NCBI GenBank assembly: GCA_965261345.1
Contig: OZ253449.1
Coordinates: 1,696,001 to 1,760,000, forward strand
Origin: Chloroflexota bacterium
GTDB taxonomy: Bacteria; Chloroflexota; UBA11872; VXNJ01
Direction: 5' to 3'
DNA length: 64,000 bases
The position numbers and the translations under genes were made by a program. The notes beneath the pieces are model-generated. The model was not told the origin of the DNA. It worked only from the letters and a program-made list of their open reading frames with translations, and did no database searches. Shown piece by piece: positions 58,300-64,000 of this stretch (the stretch's first letter is position 1; every line of letters starts with the position of its first letter).

Positions 58300-58564
58300 A
58301 CAGAACCCCCATATACGCAGAATTCAAGTAACCCCAGCAGCCATTCTATTTTCAAAAAAGGGGCGAATCGGTCAATTGACGCAGTGCCTGATCGGTAGGC
58401 GGCGGGCAATTTCCGGGCGGCCGGAAAATTGCGTACCGCGACTGCGCCCAAGCTGCCGATCAGCGCGTTACCAATTCGGCGGGCGGGCCGAATAGCCTTA
58501 AATTGACTAGGCCAATCTGGACAACTTTGGCTGATCTTCGGTTGAACATTTGAGGTTCCAGCGC

Positions 58565-59011
58565 ATGGTTGATCACTTCCTGGTGGAAGCTGGCAAACTG
58601 GGCGGCGGCGGCCACCCGGAGCGCGGCGGTGAGTTGGCCGAGCAACTGGCCGGGCTAAGGCTACTAGGTTACGGGGCGGTGCTAACCCTGACCCAGCAGC
58701 CGCTTGATCCCGCGGCGCTGGCCGCGGCCGGACTTACGGGCCTGCATTTACCGATTGTCAATTCGGCCGCACCTACACGCGGCCAGGTCGACCAAGCCGT
58801 CCAATTCGTTAGCGGGTGCAACCGCCGTAACAAGGCGGTATTCGTGCATTGTTTTGCCGGATACGGCAGGACCGGAGTGGTGTTGGCGGCGATATTGATC
58901 GGCAATGGAAACACAGTTGCCGATGCCGTGGCGCGGGTTCGCAACCTTCGGCCCGGATCGATCGAATCGGCCGCGCAGATGGAGTTTCTGGTTTCGCTAG
59001 CGGCGTCCTAA
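58565..59011 (+). CDS. Dual-specificity/protein tyrosine phosphatase family protein
   Basis: CX5R loop VHCFAGYGRTG and RPGSIE..Q motif. Confidence 0.88.
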   Translation: MVDHFLVEAGKLGGGGHPERGGELAEQLAGLRLLGYGAVLTLTQQPLDPAALAAAGLTGLHLPIVNSAAPTRGQVDQAVQFVSGCNRRNKAVFVHCFAGYGRTGVVLAAILIGNGNTVADAVARVRNLRPGSIESAAQMEFLVSLAAS

Positions 59012-59214
59012 AGACCGGCCGCCGCGCCACCATTTAACGATCGGTAATTTCCGATCGATTCTGGCGTGAACGGCGTTTTGGTCCCCGCGGGAAGCTCGCG
59101 GCCCGGCCGCCTCCGGCCGGCCGTTTCAAATCGGTGGCCGAACTTGCCGCCGGTTGCTGGCAACCGCGAGAACCGAGCAGCAGCCGCGGCGCGTCGGGTT
59201 CGCGCGGGCGCTGG

Positions 59215-60033
59215 TTATTTGGCCACGAAGATCGGATGCTCGATCGGCAAATCGTTCTGCCGCGACCACTCGTGCCACGAGCCGAAGTAGTTGCGGAAAT
59301 TGGAATAGCCAGCGCGCTGCAGCCCGACGTAGCCGCAGGCCGAACGAGCTCCGCCATTGCAATAGACGATCACTTCCTTGTCTCGGCTGATCTCCCGATG
59401 GGAAAATTCGGCCGCGATTTCGCGTTCGGTGCGCATTCGGCCGTCGGGACCGATCAGCATCTCCCAGTTCATCCAGATTGCGCCCGGTATGTGGCCGTGG
59501 CGGGGATTGTCCCGCGAATCGGTTCCGTCGTATTCGTCGATCGTGCGCATGTCTATGACCTGCGTTGCGCCGCTTTTTATCCGCTCGCGGATGTAATCGG
59601 CAGTGGCCAGAACCTGCTGGCGCGGATTGGGCGAGAGATTTCCGCCGCCGGGCAGCGGCCGGTGTTCGACCTCAATCAGCTTGCCGAAATCTGCCCAATT
59701 TCGGTATCCGCCATCAAGAATGAAGGCCCGGCGGTGCCCCAAATAGTCGAGCATCCAATAGGCCCGGCAGGCGGCATAACCGGTAAACGCCTGATAGAGC
59801 ACCACGGTCGTGTCGTTGTCAACGCCGGCCGATCGAAACATTTCAACCAAAGTGCGAGTCGCAGTGACGCGTTGCTCTTCGTTTCGGATTATGGGGTGGT
59901 AGGCGCTCACGTTTAGGTTGACCGCATCGGGGACGTGGCCGCGGGCATAATCCTCGGGCGAACGCAGGTCCAGGATCGCCAACTTGCGATCGGTTTCCAT
60001 CCAAATAGTCAATTCATCAGGTTGACATAACAT
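59215..60033 (-). CDS. Tandem-rhodanese sulfurtransferase
   Basis: LDLRS..Y..GHVP, LDGG, GHIPGA, active loop YCNGGARS and YFGSWHEW; start trimmed to ATG 60033. Confidence 0.92.
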   Translation of the reverse strand: MLCQPDELTIWMETDRKLAILDLRSPEDYARGHVPDAVNLNVSAYHPIIRNEEQRVTATRTLVEMFRSAGVDNDTTVVLYQAFTGYAACRAYWMLDYLGHRRAFILDGGYRNWADFGKLIEVEHRPLPGGGNLSPNPRQQVLATADYIRERIKSGATQVIDMRTIDEYDGTDSRDNPRHGHIPGAIWMNWEMLIGPDGRMRTEREIAAEFSHREISRDKEVIVYCNGGARSACGYVGLQRAGYSNFRNYFGSWHEWSRQNDLPIEHPIFVAK

Positions 60034-60117
60034 TAGTTTGCCGACATCCAGAGCGATTAAGGTTAGGGGCCAATGATTAGCGCAACATTGTATGAACGTG
60101 GCCCCCTCCGGTAGGCT

Positions 60118-60834
60118 TTGAATCTGATCGCCGATGACCGCCCCGCGGTCCTTGCCGCAGTCTGCCTGGATGGATTTGGCACCCTTTTCCACCTGGGCGA
60201 TGGATCGCCCGCCCGGGCCGTGGCGCGACGGCTGGGCGAGCTTGGATATTCCGGCGGAGTTGAGCCGGTGGCCGCCGGACTGCGGCTGGAGTATCCGTAC
60301 TACCGCGCCCGCCACAAATTCGTCGCCACCCCGCGGCAGCTGGAGTTGCTGCAGGCCGAATGCGGCCAGATCGTAATCGATCAGTTGGGCCCATCCGGTG
60401 CCGGCTTGGCCGCGCCGGCGGTTGGCCGGGCGATCGCTCAAGCATTTCCGCCGAGGCTTTATCCGGAATCGATTGCGGCCATAAGCAGGATCAAAGCGGC
60501 CGGTTTGGAGGTCGGTGTGGTTTCCAATTTCAGCTACCTGTTGATCGCAACGTTGCGGCAATTGGGGATCGCCGAAATGTTTGATTTCGTGGTTGTGTCA
60601 GCGCTTTGCAATTTCGCCAAACCCGACCCCCAGATCTTTGCGATTGCCGCCCGCAAGGCCGGTTGCCAACAATCGCGGATGGCTCACATTGGGAATTCCC
60701 ACGCAGAGGATTACCTAGGCGCCCGGGCCGCCGGGTTCTCGGCGGTCCTGCTGGAACGTTCCGGGCCAGAACACGTCGGCGAGCAGATTGCCAGCGCCGG
60801 CGACCTGCTCTCGGCGCTAGATCTTTTGCTCTAG
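60118..60834 (+). CDS. HAD-superfamily hydrolase (subfamily IA)
   Basis: LDGFGTL, VSN, KPDPQIF and HIGNS..EDY.GA..AG motifs. Confidence 0.85.
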   Translation: MNLIADDRPAVLAAVCLDGFGTLFHLGDGSPARAVARRLGELGYSGGVEPVAAGLRLEYPYYRARHKFVATPRQLELLQAECGQIVIDQLGPSGAGLAAPAVGRAIAQAFPPRLYPESIAAISRIKAAGLEVGVVSNFSYLLIATLRQLGIAEMFDFVVVSALCNFAKPDPQIFAIAARKAGCQQSRMAHIGNSHAEDYLGARAAGFSAVLLERSGPEHVGEQIASAGDLLSALDLLL

Positions 60835-60875
60835 GTTCAAGCCGCCCGCCCCAGCCCCGCCGGGACCCTGGGGGT

Positions 60876-61325
60876 TTAGCCCGGAATCGAATTTAGGGTT
60901 TCGATCAGGCGAAGGCCGGCCTCGGCCGCCTGATAGCCGCGGTTGGTCTCATCGCCGCGGGTGCGTTCGCGAGCCTGTTGTTCGTTTTCAAGGGTCAGCA
61001 CGCCGAAGATCACCGGAACTCCGCTGTCGAGCCCGGCCTGCATTATTCCGCGCGCGCACTCACCGGCCACGTAGTCAAAGTGCGGAGTGTCCGAGCGAAT
61101 AATGCAGCCCAGCGAGATCACCGCAGCGTAGCGGCCCGAGGCCGCCAACGTCTTGGCCAGCAGCGGTAGTTCGAACGCCCCCGGAGCGTAAAAAACGGCG
61201 GTATCGGCCAATTCCGGTCCCGACCGCCAATTTTCAATTGCCGCCAGCGCCCCCGCTAGCAACTCCTCAGTAAATTGCCGGTGGTAGGCAGAAACTGCGA
61301 TCGCGATCCCCGCCGGCGTTCTCAT
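60876..61325 (-). CDS. ribH: 6,7-dimethyl-8-ribityllumazine synthase
   Basis: PGAFELP, GCIIRSDTPHFDYV and PVIFGVLT motifs. Confidence 0.95.
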   Translation of the reverse strand: MRTPAGIAIAVSAYHRQFTEELLAGALAAIENWRSGPELADTAVFYAPGAFELPLLAKTLAASGRYAAVISLGCIIRSDTPHFDYVAGECARGIMQAGLDSGVPVIFGVLTLENEQQARERTRGDETNRGYQAAEAGLRLIETLNSIPG

Positions 61326-61326
61326 C

Positions 61327-62532
61327 CTAGGGTGACTGGGTCAGGTGGAGGTCGTGCCCCAGGCGGTTTTTCTTGGTGGCCATATACACCGCATTGTGTT
61401 CGTTGGGTTCTATCTGCAACGGGACCTGCTCAACGATCTCCAATCCGTAGCCGGCGATCTCCGCGCGCTTGCGGGGGTTGTTGGTTAGCAACAGGAGCTT
61501 GGTAACTCCAAGTTCGGCCAGGATCTGGGCGCCGATCCCATAGTCGCGTTCATCGGGCGCAAACCCGAGGGCGATATTGGCATCGACGGTGTCGAGACCG
61601 TCATGCTGCTGGAGCGCATAGGCTTGCAGCTTGTTGGCCAGGCCGATCCCGCGACCCTCCTGGCGCATGTAGAGGATCACCCCGCGGCCTTCGCTGGCTA
61701 CCCGTCGCAGCGCGGTCTTGAGCTGGGGTCCGCAATCGCAGCGCAGCGACTCGAATACGTCTCCGGTCAAGCATTCGTCATGAACCCGGACCAGGGTCGG
61801 TTCGCCCGGCCGGATCTGGCCGATCACCATCGCCAAATGATCGTCGCCGGTGACCGAATCGCGGAACGCGGTTGCCGTAAACGTCCCCCAGGGCGTCTGG
61901 ATCTGGGCCGACGCCAACCGCTCGATGAGCTTTTCGGACTTGCGCCGGTGGGCGATCAGCGAAGTTACCGAAATGATGGGAATCCCGCGCTCAACAGCTA
62001 TTTCGGCGGCCGCCTCGGCGCTCAAATCCAACCCTTGCTCATCGAGCAGTTGTCCGATCAGGGCGACCGGTTCGATTCCGCCTAGGGAGGCCAGATCGGT
62101 GGCCGCTTCCGGCAGTCCCGGGCGCCGCAGCACGCCGCCCTCAAACGCGCGCAGCGGGCGAATCAGGCCTGGTTTATTCAGCTGTCCCGGCCTGGTGCTG
62201 CTCGACCCCAGGGCGCGCACCGTGGCGGCTTGACCAGGGAGTGAGTGCGGGCTGGGTGCAATCAGGTCGACGGTTTCACAGAAGGCAGGGGCCGAACTGA
62301 TGCCCGCCCCCGGGGACAGTTCAAGCGCGATCCCCAGGCGCTCGAGCACAGCGGGCTTGGCGGCTACGAAAACGCCGCCGGAAGCCCGGTTCAGCGCCAG
62401 CAGCTCGGTGGCGGTCACGACCCGCGCGGCGATTGCCAGGTTGGCCGAATGCTCGCCCGGACCCGCCCTGGTGATCATGACCGGGTCGCCGGCGGCGAAG
62501 CGCCGGGCGGCCGCGGTAATGGAATTACCCAA
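61327..62532 (-). CDS. ribBA: RibBA fusion: intact GTP cyclohydrolase II with a degenerate DHBP synthase domain
   Basis: RVHDECLTGD..SLRCDC, QEGRGIGL, DTVDAN and TNNP.K are intact; N-terminal RibB motifs are altered. Confidence 0.9.
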   Translation of the reverse strand: MGNSITAAARRFAAGDPVMITRAGPGEHSANLAIAARVVTATELLALNRASGGVFVAAKPAVLERLGIALELSPGAGISSAPAFCETVDLIAPSPHSLPGQAATVRALGSSSTRPGQLNKPGLIRPLRAFEGGVLRRPGLPEAATDLASLGGIEPVALIGQLLDEQGLDLSAEAAAEIAVERGIPIISVTSLIAHRRKSEKLIERLASAQIQTPWGTFTATAFRDSVTGDDHLAMVIGQIRPGEPTLVRVHDECLTGDVFESLRCDCGPQLKTALRRVASEGRGVILYMRQEGRGIGLANKLQAYALQQHDGLDTVDANIALGFAPDERDYGIGAQILAELGVTKLLLLTNNPRKRAEIAGYGLEIVEQVPLQIEPNEHNAVYMATKKNRLGHDLHLTQSP

Positions 62533-63127
62533 TTTGAACCTCGGTCGAGAAGACTAGGCTGGAAACATATTTGGCCAAAATATCGGTTTCCAAATTGCAT
62601 CGATCTCCGACTGCCAGGCCGCCAAAGGTCGTAACGTGCAGGGTATGCGGGATTAGCGCAATCTTAAATTGACCGGCGTCCACTCCGGCCACCGTAAGAC
62701 TGGCACCGTCCAGGGTGACATAGCCTTTCTCGACGATTTGCCCGGCGTAGCCCACCGGGTTGGCAAATGCGTAGAGAAGTCCGCCGCCGTCGCCCTCAAT
62801 CTTTACCAGCTCAACTGTGCAGTCGACGTGGCCCTGCACGAAATGTCCGCCCAGTCGCCCATTGGCAGGCATCGCCCGCTCCAGATTTACCAGGTTGCTA
62901 TGCGTCAGCTGGCCAAGGTTGGTGCGCCGCAGGGTTTCGGGCACCGCCTCGACTGAAAAATTTCGCTCGCTAAATTCCACCACCGTAAGGCAGGCTCCGT
63001 TTATCGACACGCTGTCGCCGACCGCCAACTGCCCACCAAAACTGGCCCCGATGGTCAGGTGGACCAGACCGGAGCCGGCGCGAACGTCGAGCACCGGGCC
63101 CATTTCCTCAACCAGGCCGGTAAACAT
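62525..63127 (-). CDS. ribE: Riboflavin synthase alpha chain
   Basis: MFTGLVE, NGACLT, NLERA, GGHFVQGHVD and NLETD motifs. Confidence 0.96.
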   Translation of the reverse strand: MFTGLVEEMGPVLDVRAGSGLVHLTIGASFGGQLAVGDSVSINGACLTVVEFSERNFSVEAVPETLRRTNLGQLTHSNLVNLERAMPANGRLGGHFVQGHVDCTVELVKIEGDGGGLLYAFANPVGYAGQIVEKGYVTLDGASLTVAGVDAGQFKIALIPHTLHVTTFGGLAVGDRCNLETDILAKYVSSLVFSTEVQIG

Positions 63128-63135
63128 TGGCGATT

Positions 63136-64000
63136 TTAGGAGTCGTTAATTCGCGTCGGCCGGGCCCTGATCCAGAGATCGTCCCCGGCCCGACCCGATT
63201 GAAGGAATTCGAGATCACCCATTGGCGAATCGCCGATCGGCAATTCGCCGATCGGGTTGGGCGCCAAGGGGTCGCCGACCAGGCGCGGGCACAGAAATAT
63301 CTCGACTTCGTCAATTGCGCCGGCGGCCCAGTACGAGGTGAGCACCGCCTGGCCGCCCTCCAGCAGGACCTGACCGATTCCGAGCTCGCCCAGATGCGCC
63401 AGCGTGCTGCTCACGGACTGGCCGGGGTCGGCGGGTAATTGCTGGACCCGGCAGCCGGCTGCCTCCAGGGCGGCGATTTTTCGGGGATCGGCGCCGATCC
63501 CGGCGATGACCAGGGTCGAGCCGGATTGTCTTAGCATCGCTGCCTGCGGCGTGAGCCGAGCCCGCCGGTCCAATACCACCCGCAACGGCTGCTCCCGCAC
63601 ATGTATTCCGGCTCGAACCGTCAGACGCGGGTCATCGGCCAGCGCGGTTCCTGATCCGATCATTACGGCGTCAACCTCAGAGCGCCGTTGGTGCACCAAG
63701 CGGAGCGATTGCTGCGAGCTCAAATAGCCCGCCCGCCCGCCGGCCAGGGCAATCCGGCCGTCTAGCGACATCGCCCACTTGGCAATAACGTAGGGACGCC
63801 CGGCGGACGCCTGGCGTAGATAGCCTTTGAGTCCGTCGCGGGCAGATTCGCAATCGATATCCGGGAAAACCTCGATTCCGGCCGCCCGCAATTGTTCGAT
63901 TCCGTCGCCGACCAGCGGGTTGGGGTCACGGCAGGCGAAGAAGCAGCGGGCGATGCCGGAGGCAATGATGGCCTCGGTGCAGGGCGGCGTTTGACCATGG
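63136..64000 (-). CDS. ribD: Bifunctional deaminase/reductase RibD (5' end outside the window)
   Basis: The frame stays open to the window edge (HGQTPPCTEAII...DPNP); KWAMSLDG, DDPRLT and LLEGG motifs. Confidence 0.95.
   Translation of the reverse strand, partial: HGQTPPCTEAIIASGIARCFFACRDPNPLVGDGIEQLRAAGIEVFPDIDCESARDGLKGYLRQASAGRPYVIAKWAMSLDGRIALAGGRAGYLSSQQSLRLVHQRRSEVDAVMIGSGTALADDPRLTVRAGIHVREQPLRVVLDRRARLTPQAAMLRQSGSTLVIAGIGADPRKIAALEAAGCRVQQLPADPGQSVSSTLAHLGELGIGQVLLEGGQAVLTSYWAAGAIDEVEIFLCPRLVGDPLAPNPIGELPIGDSPMGDLEFLQSGRAGDDLWIRARPTRINDS

Noticed and set aside
60058-60076. DtxR/IdeR box (TAAGGTTAG) between the rhodanese and HAD genes
   Set aside because: Only one half-site matches; it more likely reflects a TAACCT -10 on the minus strand.

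Overview
A GC-rich, gene-dense bacterial chromosome segment. ClpC, EF-P, the Tat-lipoprotein and gene order suggest a Chloroflexota-like monoderm; this is inference only. Content is mostly housekeeping: cysS (partial)-ispF-ispD-clpC-rpsA, lexA, darA-tmk, pdxST, lysC, a DtxR regulator, ABC exporters, dnaN, an ANTAR regulator-YfhO-GT4 cluster, argF-cdaA-cdaR, alaS-(baseplate-J-like)-yqgF-mltG-pepP-efp-accB-like, secDF, a small surface-polysaccharide cluster, a sugar ABC importer and ribD (partial)-ribE-ribBA-ribH. I saw no rRNA, tRNA, CRISPR array, transposase or prophage. The best candidate for an undescribed system is a two-gene unit (5559-9801) divergent from lexA. It encodes a protein with two midasin/Rea1-like AAA_5 modules plus a separate MIDAS/vWA protein, behind an AT-rich promoter region carrying a non-canonical palindrome that may be a new LexA box. 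Other oddities: apparent CTG starts (cysS, cdaR), an AccB-like protein without the biotinylation lysine, RibBA with a degenerate RibB domain, a Walker-A-less BY-kinase homolog, CdaA with DLA instead of DGA, a solitary membrane-anchored baseplate-J-like gene, and several structured intergenic regions. All calls are by motif recognition; no database searches were run.
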